A program made the translations under genes and the position numbers. Below the pieces are notes generated by a model. It searched no databases and was not told where the DNA came from. It saw only the letters and a list, made by a program, of their open reading frames with translations. From Chrysomallon squamiferum (taxonomy: Eukaryota > Animalia > Mollusca), in contig CM022678.1 of the NCBI GenBank assembly GCA_012295275.1, positions 7,688,001-7,752,000 on the forward strand: a stretch of DNA of 64,000 nucleotides, in the 5' to 3' direction. Below, piece by piece: positions 15,580 through 30,134 of the stretch. The stretch's first letter is position 1. Every line of letters starts with the position of its first letter.

Positions 15580-16240
15580 TTGAGCTTTGTATGTATGTGT
15601 ACGTGTTTGTATTATGTATGTATGTATTTGTGTATGTCTGTATGTATGGGTATCTTTTGTGTGTTTGTATTATGTGCGTATTTATGTATTATGTGTGTAT
15701 GTTTGTGTGTATCTGTATGTCTGTATATCTTCTGTTTGTTTGTATTATGTTTGTATATGTTACATGTATGTATTTATGTGTGTATGTCTGTGTATGTCTT
15801 GTCTTCTGTGTGTTTGTGTGTGTGTACCAGTATTTAATGTATGTGTATTATGTGTATGTCTGAATATATGTGTATCTTGTATGTTTGTATTATGTGTATA
15901 TTTGTGTATTATGTGTGTATGTGTATTTGTGTATGTCTGTATGTATGTGTATGTTTGTATTTTTGTATGTATGTGTGTATTTCTGTATTATGTATGTATG
16001 TATATGTGTGTATGTATATATGTATCTTTTGTGTGTTTGTTATTATTGTGTTTGTATTATGTGTGTATGTATTTGTGTATGTTTGTATATATGTATCTTT
16101 TGTGTGTTTATATTGTGTGCGTATTTGTGTATTATGTGCGTATGTATTTGTATATGTCTACATGCTTGCGTCCGTGCTTGTTTGTGTGGTGTGTGTATGT
16201 ATTTGTGTATGTCTGTATGTGCGTGCGTATAGTGAGTGTA
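15580..16240. repeat. Degenerate TG/TATG-rich low-complexity minisatellite
   Basis: Recurring TGTGTTTGTATTATGTGTGTATGTATTTGTGTATGTCTG. Confidence 0.85.
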
Positions 16241-16290
16241 TTATACCAGTTTTTAATAAATCACAGGCACCGGTTCATGCGCGCGCACAC

Positions 16291-16745
<455 letters not shown>

Positions 16746-16989
16746 TAATAAAAGAAAAAAATAATAATAGATAAATAAATAATATTAAATTCTGACCATT
16801 CTGGTTATAAAACTGTTTTATAAATTTCTGAGCACAGCTGTATTTAACTGTTAAAACCTTCCGCTTCTGTGAAACCGCCATTTGTGTGACATAAGAAAAA
16901 AAAAAAAAAAGAAAGAAAAAAAGGAAATGTATTACTTCTTTTACAGTTTGTGGCTTTTATTATTATTATTATTATTACATGGTTTCTTG

Positions 16990-18900
16990 ATCTGTCTGTA
17001 TATTAATCTACCTATCTGTCTGTCTATTAATCCACCTATCTGTATGTCTATTAATCCACCTATCTGTATGTCTATTAATCCACCTATCTGTCTGTCTATT
17101 AATCCACCTATCTGTCTGTCTATTAATCCACCTATCTGTATGTCTATTAATCCACCTATCTGTCTGTCTATTAATCCACCTATCTGTATGTCTATTAATC
17201 CACCTATCTGTCTGTCTATTAATCCACCTATCTGTCTGTCTATTAATCCACCTATCTGTCTGTCTATTAATCCACCTATCTGTCTGTCTATCCACCTATC
17301 TGTATGTCTATTAATCCACCTATCTGTATGTCTATTAATCCACCTATCTGTCTGTCTATTAATCCACCTATCTGTCTGTCTATTAATCCACCTATCTGTC
17401 TGTCTATTAATCCACCTATCTGTATGTCTATTAATCCACCTATCTGTCTGTCTATTAATCCACCTATCTGTATGTCTATTAATCCACCTATCTGTCTGTC
17501 TATTAATCCACCTATCTGTATGTCTATTAATCCACCTATCTGTATGTCTATTAATCCACCTATCTGTCTGTCTATTAATCCACCTATCTGTATGTCTATT
17601 AATCCACCTATCTGTCTGTCTATTAATCCACCTATCTGTCTGTCTATTAATCCACCTATCTGTATGTCTATTAATCCACCTATCTGTATGTCTATTAATC
17701 CACCTATCTGTATGTCTATTAATCCACCTATCTGTATGTCTATTAATCCACCTATCTGTATGTCTATTAATCCACCTATCTGTCTGTCTATTAATCCACC
17801 TATCTGTATGTCTATTAATCCACCTATCTGTCTATTAATCCACCTATCTGTCTGTCTATTAATCCACCTATCTGTATGTCTATTAATCCACCTATCTGTC
17901 TGTCTATTAATCCACCTATCTGTATGTCTATTAATCCACCTATCTGTATGTCTATTAATCCACCTATCTGTCTGTCTATTAATCCACCTATCTGTATGTC
18001 TATTAATCCACCTATCTGTCTGTCTATTAATCCACCTATCTGTATGTCTATTAATCTGTCAAACCTATCTGGAATCTGTCTATTAATCCACCTATCTGTC
18101 TGTCTACTAATCCACCTATCTGTATGTCTATTAATCCACCTATCTGTCTGTCTATTAATCCACCTATCTGTCTGTCTATTAATCCACCTATCTGTCTGTC
18201 TATTAATCCACCTATCTGTATGTCTATTAATCCACCTATCTGTATGTCTATTAATCCACCTATCTGTCTGTCTATTAATCCACCTATCTGTATGTCTATT
18301 AATCTACCTATCTGTATGTCTATTAATCCACCTATCTGTATGTCTATTAATCCACCTATCTGTATGTCTATTAATCCACCTATCTGTCTGTCTATTAATC
18401 CACCTATCTGTCTGTCTATTAATCCACCTATCTGTATGTCTATTAATCCACCTATCTGTATGTCTATTAATCCACCTATCTGTATGTCTATTAATCCACC
18501 TATCTGTATGTCTATAATCCACCTATCTGTATGTCTAATAATCCACCTATATGTATGTCTATTAATCCACCTATCTGTATGTCTATTAATCCACCTATAT
18601 GTATGTCTATTAATCCACCTATCTGTATGTCTATTAATCCACCTATCTGTATGTCTATTAATCCACCTATCTGTATGTCTATTAATCCACCTATCTGTAT
18701 GTCTATTAATCCACCTATCTGTCTGTCTATTAATCCACCTATCTGTCTGTCTATTAATCCACCTATCTGTATGTCTATTAATCCACCTATCTGTCTGTCT
18801 ATTAATCCACCTATCTGTCTGTCTATTAATCCACCTATCTGTCTGTCTATTAATCCACCTATCTGTCTGTCTATTAATCCACCTATCTGTCTGTCTGTCT
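16990..18900. repeat. 24-bp minisatellite, about 80 copies
   Basis: Unit TATTAATCCACCTATCTGT(C/A)TGTC. Confidence 0.97.
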
Positions 18901-19270
18901 GTATAATATAAATAATGTGTATAATATCAACGTAGTACAGAATAGTTCACTGTTGAGATTTGTTATAAATTTATTATAAATAATGAAGATAAATCTGAAT
19001 TTCTGTTTTTCATAGCAGCTCACCTAAGAAATAAATGAATATTTTACTTCTTCTTTCCAATATTTTACAAAAGACACTGATTTAATATAATGGTATAAAT
19101 AGTAAGTGAAATATAAATAAATGCTAAAACATTATTTGAAATTACAATCTTTGTTCTTGATTATATACATACATACATATATTTATATGTTAAGTATTTT
19201 TAATATTTTTACTTTAAATATTCATTGTTTGTAAAGTTAAATTTTAAATATAAATTAACACCTGTTATTA

Positions 19271-19330
<60 letters not shown>

Positions 19331-20458
19331 CGAAATAAGTTTTGTATTAAAGAGAAATGTGATTTATTATTATCATTATCATTATTATTATCATCATCAT
19401 TATTATTATTATTATTATTATTATTTATTCATTTATTTATTCATTCATTTATTTATTTATTTATTTTATTGTTGTTGTTGTTGTTGTTGTTCTTGTTAAT
19501 TAAAGAATTTGTGACCTTGAACCTCTATTTGTGTATGAATTTAAACAATGTGCTAAGATTGATTTGGCGCTAACAAAATATAACTTTGTTTCTTGCATCT
19601 TCTATGGACAGTGAAACACTTTAATACTTTGAGAAAATGTATCACTGTCCAATTACGTAATACATTTTATATCTTCACATGATTACTTTTTATCTGTTGT
19701 TATTTTATTTTATTTAGTAAGCTATTTATTTTATGATTAAAAGAATAAACTAAAGTAGTTCATTCCAAGAAACAGTGATGAAGAGAGGGAGAGAGGGAGA
19801 CAAGTAGCTTAACGAATTTAAGATTTTTATTAGATTTCGGTTAATAAAAAATACAATATTAACACTGGGCTACGTAACTAACACTTTCCTCGATGACCTT
19901 GAAGAGAATCTATTCGTTATTCTTCTTCTTGTCTTATTATTATTCTTTATGTGTGTGTGTTTTGTGTATGTTTGTGTGTGTGTGCGTTTGCGTTTCTGTG
20001 CATGTGATAGTGAATGCTACATGCACGCATGTGAATCTGCATATTAATGTTTTCACTGCAGACAGAACAAACTCAGTACAATTCAACACGACTGACAAGA
20101 TTATCAAGTAGCAGACGTGAAAACGTTTTTCATTTAAATATACTCTTCAAAAAATGTCGGGGAAACGTGAAAAATATTAATTTTGAATACGTTTTCATAT
20201 TCCATACGTCGCACGTGCTTTATAAAGAACACGTGTACGGCAGGCGGGTGTGTGTGTGTGGGGGGCGTCATTCTGGACTGACTTTTTTTCAGGAATGTGT
20301 TTAATCTCTGTGTAAAATTATTTGTGTAAATTTTATTTTATTTTATTTATTTATTTTTTGTCTTCATTGTTTTGATGATACAGTTTTTATCATTTTGTTT
20401 CCAGTCATTCGTTCCGATCGTTCATTTAATTAACTATTTTCATAACATTTATTGCCAT

Positions 20459-20538
20459 TCCCCATAGTTAACTTACATTACAATTTTGGCAACTGTAAAA
20501 TCACTATAAGAGTTCCCTACTTTTTTTTGAACAGTATA
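20459..20538. mobile_element. Tc1/mariner-like terminal inverted repeat remnant
   Basis: GAGTTCCCTACTTTTTTTTGAACAGTA followed by TA. The rc TACTGTTCAAAAAAAAGTAGGGAAC resembles Tc1 termini. The partner end was not found. Confidence 0.5.
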
Positions 20539-20629
20539 TATAATAACGGTTCATTCTTAATCACTACATTTCTTTAGTAAATCGCGAATCCGCCAACAAG
20601 AACGCTTTGACTAAAACATCAAATGAAAA

Positions 20630-20894
20630 CTGAGAGGAAGGCGGAGTTATTTTTTACATTAAATCTTATCAGCAGGTGAACGCGTGTTTTGTGTTTTTGT
20701 TGTTTTTTTAAACGCTTGCTCCTCGTATTGGAAGACTGACGTCAAATGATAAAATGTGCTGAGAGATCTCAGTTAGCGCGCGAAACAGCTGAAGATGGAC
20801 GAATCGGCTCCACGGGGAGTAGCGGGGGCTGGGAACGAAGCTGCACTTACGACTCTAACGAAGAGGACGAAATATTCGATGATGCAACACAAAG
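20630..20894 (+). promoter_or_regulatory. CpG-rich promoter / first-exon-like patch
   Basis: GC-box-like GAAGGCGGAG (20637-20646) and a full CRE TGACGTCA (20737-20744), then a CpG-rich open stretch ending AAAG|GTGTGG. Confidence 0.35.
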
Positions 20895-21055
20895 GTGTGG
20901 AGTCTGTCTGATCAGCAAGTTATACAATGACTAACAATATGTAATTATATACAAAACATACATTCTTCTTATCCTACAATCTAATTTCTCTTCTTGTTAC
21001 TAATATACATTATATATATAGATATAATCATGTCAAGAGCTTATTAATGCTTTCT

Positions 21056-21098
<43 letters not shown>

Positions 21099-21314
21099 AA
21101 ATATAGATATAATATAAAAATATAGATATTATATAGATATAATATAAAAATAACAAAAACATTTCATAAAAATATTTTTTTTATTTAAATATTTAATTAC
21201 TGAACATTCCTGAATAATTTTACAGCCATGTTAATTGCAAGTTGAAATTATGAAATCTTCAGAAATGTTTTGAGCAATACAGATAGGTCCATCTTTTCAC
21301 CAAAAATAACTGTT

Positions 21315-21384
<70 letters not shown>

Positions 21385-22087
21385 ACTTTTGTTTCCATGA
21401 GCAACCGACCTTGAAGTACATTTGTGTCACAATGGTTAAGGGTCTCAGTTTGAGGACTGTGATAAGGTAAAGTCAACACTGTAACGTAAAACAGAAAAAT
21501 CTTGTTAAGATGATTTTCTAACTCCCCATTCTGATGACTTCCCTCCCTTTAACATCTAGCACCAGAGCAATTTTTCAATTTTAAATATTTTTTCAACATT
21601 ATTGATTTTTTTTTTTAAAAGTCTTGGAGTTACTGTCAAGAGACAAAATATGGTTCCTTAAAAAAAAAAAAAAGAAATATTATTGCTGAACAAGCACACG
21701 TGTCTGATTTGATTGTTTTAAATGTGTAACTAACTTACAACAACCCTGCCCACTCCCTCAGCTCTTTTTGATTGACAAATAATAAATAAATATATATATA
21801 TATATATATATATTTAGTCTTGTCAGTCAAGAAATATTCATTTTCAATGTCTGTCAGTAGATTAGATGATTCATGACAGCAGGGATGTACTGTAACCATG
21901 GCTACCTGTAATAACATGAAAACTGAAATGTCATTTACGTTATTTTTCCATCTTTCTACAGACAACTCAAAAATGTTTGTTAACCTGAATAATAGTAAAT
22001 ATTAGTTGTATAAAACACTGTTCTTTTTAAAATTACTATTATTACTGTTGTTGTTGTTGTTGTTGTTGTTGAGAGAGTTACTCATAG

Positions 22088-22261
22088 ATCATCACTAAAC
22101 ATCAGCATGTTTCTGTGTTGAAAGAAAAGAGAAAGTGGCTGAAACTTGCTTCCAGAATGCAAGACAGAGAGTTCAGGTTTATGGAGGAGAATCAGAATCT
22201 TCACTCAAATGTTGATGATCATGTTTATGAGGAGATTTCTGATCTACATTGTCAGTCATGA
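22088..22261 (+). other. Orphan terminal-exon-like ORF with a Tyr motif (HVYEEI)
   Basis: After CATAG: IITKHQHVSVLKEKRKWLKLASRMQDREFRFMEENQNLHSNVDDHVYEEISDLHCQS*. Confidence 0.3.
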
Positions 22262-22309
22262 AATTAGGAAAGAAATGAGGAATTAGGTTATAAAACACAA
22301 ACACAGTTT

Positions 22310-22450
22310 TTCACTGAAACACAAACACAGCAGAACATGTTTCAACACAAACACAGCAGAACATGTTTCACTGAAACACAAACACAGCAGAACACTGAAA
22401 CACAAACACAGCAGAACGTGTTTCACTGAAACACAAACACAGCAGAACAA
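22310..22450. repeat. ~30-bp minisatellite
   Basis: TTTCACTGAAACACAAACACAGCAGAACATG, about 5 imperfect copies. Confidence 0.85.
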
Positions 22451-23549
22451 CTAACTTCAGATACCGCTATGAAGTGTCCGTTTTATTAAACGTAACGTTT
22501 TACTTTGCTAATTCTAAATCGTATAATAGAAAGGTGTAATTTTACTGTACGTGGAACTTAAATATTATATACACTACAGAAAATATTGATAACCACAGTT
22601 AATCTATTAGACATTACTGACAGTTATAAATGATAATTCTACATGGCGTTATGAAAATAAACCGCTTAATTACTTATAAAAAGAAAAGGATGAGAATTAA
22701 TTATGATCAGTGATATTTACAGTTTGTAGGTTAATGTTTATCTCATATTTTATTAATATCGTATATTTATATCAGGTTATATTTAAAAATATCAGAGTTA
22801 ATTCCCTGGAATCACGATAGTGTGTACTGATTAGATGAGAGCAAAAGAGGTTAGCATGTTATTTTATTATGCGAAATTTAATGTTTTCATTACATTCATT
22901 AAAAGGTGTACATCAGCGCAAGTTGTATAGTGTAATATTCTTTACATTTCTGATTAAACCTGAAGTCCTCTTATTACATTAGATATTAATATAACCGCTC
23001 AACCAGTAATAATCTATATAACAATGAAGCAGACACCGTAGTCGTCAAAGTCCTCCAGTTGTCAACAGCTAACAACTAGAACAACACCCTAATATTTTTA
23101 TTTTTTATTTTGTTTTTATTTTTTCTGAAAAAAAACGGAAGCTTCCTACATATGTTTGACGCTATTCTCTTAGTTTGTAGATGTTTGACGCTTTATTATC
23201 TTCCTCTTTAATATATATTATAAAAGCTATTCTCTAAAGACGTAGCGTGTCTTTCACCTTCCTAAACCATAAGTTTTATTAATTCTAGTTTCATTAGAAC
23301 TGTTCTGAGTGTCTTCTATCATTCTAAGACTACTGTGAGAAAATAGCTAAAATGCGCTTAAACATTATTTTTACAATAGAATAATATCAGCTCACAACAT
23401 TTATTGTTTCCAAAGATAATAACACACACACAGAGACAAATATATATATATATATATATAATATATTCACATCCTGCTCTGTCTCAATAAAAGGACTAAC
23501 AAGTAAATGGAAGGGGAGAAGTGATCACTGGATCAACATTCTCACTTAC

Positions 23550-23806
23550 AGTTTACAAAACTGGTTCTCATTATCGGGGAGATGTTTAGGAGGATTTAAT
23601 GCTGTTTTACGGCTATGACAGTGTGGTCTATGACAGTGTGGTCTATGACAGTGTGGTCTACGTTCTGTGTCGTCTGGAAGATCATCAGACTGGGTATCTG
23701 ACAATGTTACAGTAGATGTTACATGTGGTAGTTCAGTAGTCACTATATCTTTTGAATCCAATAGCTGTGGACATTTTTCTGATAAGCAATTAGTCACATC
23801 ATCTGA
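23550..23806 (-). other. Orphan open exon, unknown protein
   Basis: TTTCAG| ... |GTAAGT boundaries. Open frame SDDVTNCLSEKCPQ...RRPHCHRPHCHRPHCHSRKTALNPPKHLPDNENQFCK with a 15-bp unit repeated 3 times. Confidence 0.45.
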
Positions 23807-23878
23807 CTGAAATATTTAAACAGTATTAAAATAACAATTTATATTACAGACAGATTTCTTAATATGAGAGATAATATG

Positions 23879-24626
23879 CAGGACTCGAAATGGCCAGTCG
23901 CCAGGTCACCAAATGCGACCAAAGTTCCGTTTAGGCGACTGGGATGTTAGAAATATTATGGTTAGTCGCCCCAAAAAATATTATTTGGGTGACCTGTTTT
24001 TTCTATAAGTTATAACACAAGATAATACTTTTATAATAATTGTATCTCAGATATTTATTTCACATAAAACGATTGCCCATAGTTCCATAAGTTGGACGTA
24101 TCGGCTTGTCTTATTTGCAAACATCTATTGATAAACACTACGTTAAAGAATTATCGGTTGGTTAACGGAACACATTGTCATAGCAGAACACTGTAACTAA
24201 TTGTTTGCTATTGTTTCTCCTTTTCAATTCCTCTTTTCATTGGCTAAAGTGAAGCCAACGAACAAATTTAGCGAACTTTTAGAGCGTTACGTAAAGAATT
24301 ATCGGTTGGTTAACGGAACAAGTTATCATGGAAGATAACTCTATAACCTTGTATTTACAATTGTTTTTCGTTTTCAATTCCGGTAGGATTACTTACCCGG
24401 AATAAAAAATAAATAAAAGCAAAAAAAAAAAAATAAAATAAAGAAAGAAATAAAGAAAAAATACTAAAAAGAAAAGTTGAACGGCTGCATATTTTATAGA
24501 GGAAAGTCATTGATTTTCTTATTTTTGTCACACGCTAAACTTTACTGAGTATTACTCGCTATCATTTCACGTTGCTTTCCTTTAATTTGTATTTCTTTTG
24601 AAAAATACAAGCCTATAATACTATAA

Positions 24627-24669
<43 letters not shown>

Positions 24670-25295
24670 CATTTTTGTCAAGGTTTGTTTGAAAATGTCT
24701 TACCAGCTGATTTGTATTACTCGGACTAAATTTTTGTGGCTATTTTAATTAATAAAGAATTTTCGTATTTCATTTTAGATGTTGACAAATTAAGGTACGC
24801 CGATACTTTCAGTTTATCGAACTACGAACAAAACTTTTATGTGAAATAAATATTTGCTATAAAATTATTAACAGTGGCTCTTGTTTTATAACTTATAGAA
24901 AAAGTAGGTTCTTCTACATTAATATTATTTATTCATGTTAGAGACTGTTATAGAATTATATTTGGAATTCAGAATATTTTAAGTGTTAAATCAATTGTAA
25001 TATATTTTATCTGGATAAACAAGACTCATTAAAATGATTTTTATAAAAAAAAAAAAAATGTTATCATCTGAATTAGGACAGTTATTTCAAATAATTAACC
25101 ACTGTATAAGTATTATAAGAATTCAAATTTTTGTTTGTTTTGCTGCTGAAAAAGATATGATACTTCTGGGAGTTCTTCAAAGCACTCCAGTGAAGCTGAG
25201 AGAATTTGTATGGGTTTTTTTTTTCATTAGTATTTTTCCTATTTAAGCAGCAGTTAATTTGTAATTTCTCCTTCATTTTTATAGAGCACATTTGA

Positions 25296-25344
<49 letters not shown>

Positions 25345-26890
25345 GGGGGGGTTACTGGTGTCTGTTTATATCTTTTATTGCTTTTTTACAGCATTAGTCA
25401 GAACAAACTCACAGCACTGCAGACTGAATGGGGTAACTCTGAGAGAGAAAAGAAATCTGGCAGAAGAAAATTAATTCACATGCCTTACATGTGAAGACAG
25501 AGAAAGGATAGTTCAGTTTCTGAAGCATTTTCCTCAAGATTATGACTAATTTTGCTTAGATGAGTCCCAGGATTCAAAGGGAGTAATTTGAAAATCTTTC
25601 TGCATGTGAGACTAAATCTTCACTTTGGAGGGAGAATCAACAGACTGCTATTGCACAGGGTAAGAATTCATTTGAATAATGTGTAATTTTTATATATTAA
25701 GTGATATAATTTTAAGGATATTTTATTAATTCTTAGATTAATTGATTTTATATTGCAGTATGTTTTTGTTTGTTATTTTAAAATTTGTTTCATTTTCATT
25801 TTTAAGAAAAAGCCAATTGTCTTCTTCAGTTTGACTTGTCAGTACAGAAAGTTCACATTCCAAACAGCCCACTCCAGCCAGAACCAGTTTACTTCCTTAT
25901 GTCAAGAAAATGTGGAACTTTTAAAATATGTTCTGAAGTTCTGTGTTAGAAATCTATCAGCTGGTGAGTCAGTTAATCCCTTAATTAATTAATTTATATA
26001 ATTATTTTGTATTGATGTATTTGCTTTTTATTTTGTTTGTTACTGTGTATGCTATTTTTTTAACCTATGTATCTGTGCTATGTTATGTTTTTGAATTTAT
26101 TTAGTCAAACATTTGTGTCTATTTATTTGTTTGAATCAAAGTTTGGCTCTCAGTTTTTCACTGTTGCTATCAAGATGTTTTTAAGTGTAAATTCAATGTT
26201 TAATTCATAGAAAATGTTATGTAGCATTAGGTGGTCACTGGAAAAATGTGGACAGAGAAATAAGAAATGTTTCATGGTTTCAGAAATTCCACAGCTACAG
26301 TTTGGTGTTGTGTTTATTTTGTGTTTGAATTTGATTGTTTTGGTGGAGTTTGTGTTTGAATTTGGTGAGTTTGCTGATTCTGAGTTTAGATTTGTTGGAT
26401 TTTGTGTTTGAATTTGTTGATTCTGAGTTTGGTAATGTTGTTGTTATGTAGTTTGTTACTAAAATGATTTTGAGTTTTGATGATGAAAGGTGTAACTAAT
26501 GTTTATTTTATTTGATTACTATTTGCTGATTGCAACATTCACCCACTCCAGTCTACATTTCAATATGGCTGACTGTTGTTTAAAAATTAGATTGTAGTGA
26601 AAGGTGAGTTTTAAAGGGCCTAGATCCTTCATGAGATGTTTATTACTGAGAGTGGATTTTAACACAGTATTTTAGTGTGTGTAGGTTTTTGTCTGTATTT
26701 TAATGGTTGTATGTTTTATTCTAACACGAGACTGTCAGGCAGTGTGATGTTTGGTAAAAGTTTTTACAAGATGTGATTATCTTCTGTATGTGGCATCCGA
26801 AGTTGGCTGTCGAATGTGACTACTAAAAATTTGAATGATTTTCTTTGTTATTAAATGGTTATCTATTTTAGTGTTATTTTGCTTTTATTT

Positions 26891-26926
<36 letters not shown>

Positions 26927-27945
26927 ATTAGAGGGATGCATGTCTAAGTGAAATCTTTGTCTCTCAGTTTAAAGTCAGTCATTCAAGTTGTTTAGGTTTG
27001 TTTGTATTTGGTTGTTTAGAGATCTGCCTGCACACCAGAAATCTATGTAATTACTTTTTATTTTATTTATTGAATGGAATTTAGTAAACTGTTGTAGTGT
27101 TTTGTTATTTACTTGTTAAATTGTTTTTAGTTTAAGTGTTTGTTCAGGTGTGTGTTTTACCAGTGTGTCAAGGGTTTTACATGTGTGATGTTAGTGTAAC
27201 TGGTCTGTAGTTGATTGGTAGTGAATGGTATTTGTAAGGTTTATGCAAGTTTCCAGTCTGTTGATAACTTTCCTGTTTACCAAGTTTATTTCTAATGTTT
27301 TTGAAAAAAAGTTTACCAAATATTACTACTAATGTTTTTTTGACTATTTTGTTTTATTTTTCAACAGCTGTGTTGGATTGATTTTGTGTTTTGTTTATAT
27401 TTTTTTTTTTTTTTTTCATTTGGGTGTAAATACTGAGTTTTGAAGGTTTTCTTGCTGTTGTAATTGGTGAGTATAGGGTGGTGGTCTCAATTCAACTCAT
27501 TTAGAACTTCCCATTGACTCAGTGCTGCAGTGTGTTTGCTGTTAGTGTTAAATCAGTGGTGAACTGGACACACTGGTGAAGGTGAATGTAACATCATTAA
27601 GACAAACAAGAATGGAAAGGCCTGTGTTAGGTGTGTATCATGTGAGATATGTTTTGTGTTAATGGAGGTTCTTTTGTTGAAATTATTTATTTTTGTTGGG
27701 CTCTGTTTACAATTTTCTTCATGTAGTTGCTGAAAGTTTGCATGTTTTGCAAGGTATCAGGACTGGCTGGAGTTTCTATGGTGATGGACACTGCAGTAGC
27801 TGCATGCTAATGACTTGAGTTGTATCACTGTGTACATTTGGTTGTGTGTCACCAGTTCTGTCAGAGGCCACACAAGTAAATGAGATCTCATTTCTGTCTG
27901 TTGGTAGTTGTAATTGTTGTCATGGCAGGTTTTCTGTTAAAGGTA
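23879..27945 (+). mobile_element. Decayed TIR DNA transposon region with intron-split Sola-type (DUF7869-like) transposase relics
   Basis: Terminus CAGGACTCGAAATGGCCAGTCGCC; part of it recurs inverted at 43989-44021. Coding relics: EKDMILLGVL (~25148); exon 25392-25659 RLNGVTLREKRN...LTCEDRERIVQFLKHF...VPGFKGSNL; QKVHIPNSPLQPEPVYFLMSRKCGTFKICSE (25845-25937; cf. QQVHYPSNPLQPGPIYFLTPRKCGIFGVCCE); weak LHAND and EISFLSVG (about 27800-27905). The right end was not located, and the link between terminus and transposase is inferred. Confidence 0.65.
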
Positions 27946-28466
27946 AGTGTGGTCCAGTAGCTTGCTTTTCCCTCCATATACTGACATTAACTAGCTTGGC
28001 TTTGTTTGTGAATGAATCTTGTTGTAAACATTTTTTTTTATTTTTTTTATTTCTGTCCAGGTAATGTATTTTGTGATATATTTAAAAAGAGAGCTGGGTG
28101 GGTTTTTTCTGTTTGGTTGTTTTTTTTTTTTCACTCATTTCGTTTTTGTTTTTTTTTTTTTTCACTCATTTCAGGTTGTTGTTGTTGTTGTGCAGACTGT
28201 TTTACTGTTTGCTGAGTCAGAGTTTCAGGATTAGTGTAGGTAATTCCCAGTAAGAAAATGTTGATCCCAGAAGGTTAAAAAAGTCTTTAAGAGTTTTGTG
28301 TTGATCCCAAAATAAATTTTCCTTGGGTTGTTACTTTTTGTTATGTCTGATGTTTTGTTTATTATAGAGATTTATGCTTCTGTTTGGAGATTGTTTTGTT
28401 TTCTTCTGTATTTGTATGCTGTGGTGTATATATGTATATATATATAATGTGTCTCCATTTACTTTA

Positions 28467-28517
<51 letters not shown>

Positions 28518-28649
28518 CTGATATACATACATACATAAAGACATACACACACATATATACACACTAATGGTAACAAAACAATACAGGCATACTTATGTAA
28601 ATACAAACACCCCACCACAGATATACATGTATACATACATACAAACACC

Positions 28650-28691
<42 letters not shown>

Positions 28692-29892
28692 TGCTTGCAA
28701 TCAGAGAAATAATACAAGTGTGAAAATTGTACATAAACTGATATAATATGAATAATTATCAACTGTATGAAGAGAAATAAGACAGTGTTTTCAGGATACA
28801 GTTTTATACTTTATTTATTTGTTTATTTATTTATTTATTCTACTTTGCTATCATGTAACTTGTTTGTTTTATCTGATATGCTTGTAAAATATCCATTTTG
28901 TTCTTCTTTTCAGTTTGCTTCAACTCACAAAATATTCAACATTGAATAAATTATAGAAACTAAGAAACTGTGTTCAGTTGTTTTTGTGAAAAGAAAATAT
29001 GTGATAATGACAATATTAACAGTGGTTATTATAAAATAATTAGACTTAAAGTGACTTTTTATATGTGTAAGCAGTTCCATAAATATAATTGTATATTTAA
29101 ATATATGCTGAGTTATATATTAACATTTCAACAGATCAGCAGCAAAAACTTCCACAATAATACTGTTTTAAGAGTTATCATTAAAAAAAACTGTAAATAA
29201 TTTAAATCATACACAGTCATGAATCATAGTTGTATTTGTTACCAAGTAATATCCAGACACATTCCACTTACTGTTCAGAAAGTTTAAACATTTCTTCAAT
29301 TTATTTGTTTGAGTTAATAATAATTTAAAAAAACGGTTATTAAAAACCAGTACAATTAAAGTAATAGATAACTTTATATTATATAAAAGGCCAATGTTAA
29401 TTTTTTTTTTTTTTTTTTTTTTTCTTTAACTACTGAAATATTAACAGATATAACAAGTTATAATGAGCTATTTCAAGTATGAGTAAAATTAACAGACGTT
29501 GGTAACATAATAAAAGTAATTTAACGTGTTAGATTGTAATCTGTATTGTCCTTTTCATGTATCTTGTTAAAACTGTTTTAAATTTTTGTTACTATTCTTG
29601 GGGGGGTTCAAGTTTTATTATTCTTAAAAGACTGAACTAAAGTAATAATAAATAAAATATATACACACTTTTTTTTTTATGTAGTTACTTTATGTCTGTC
29701 AGTTAGTTGATGAAAAACTGGTTTATTTTTGTATTTTAGTGTTTTTTATAAAATGTGGTTCTATTAAAGTAAAAGAAATAACATATCATTTAAAACTGTA
29801 ATCCTACCTACATTTTTAAAAATTATTTTTATTGTTTTTTTTCTTTTCTTGATGAAATTTTATTTTATTTTATTATAATGCTAATCTTATTT

Positions 29893-29998
29893 ATGACAAT
29901 ATTACTAACTATAAAGAAATGACAATATTACTAACTATAAAGAAATGACAATATTACTAACTATAAAGAAATGACAATATTACTAACTATAAAGAAAT
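29893..29998. repeat. 26-bp tandem repeat x4
   Basis: ATGACAATATTACTAACTATAAAGAA. Confidence 0.95.
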
Positions 29999-30134
29999 GG
30001 CAATGTAGTAAAATGTATTTATGCAGTTGTTATCTTTATTTAGTCTTTTACTTGTATATTTGTTTAAGACTGCATTTGTTTAAAATACTATACTATTAAA
30101 AACTGATCTAAAGTGAAAATATTAAAAAGAAACA

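Noticed and set aside
16882-18911. Long repetitive ORFs (SINPPIC/LLIHLSVC)
   Set aside because: Artefact of a stop-free 24-bp unit; frames switch at indels.
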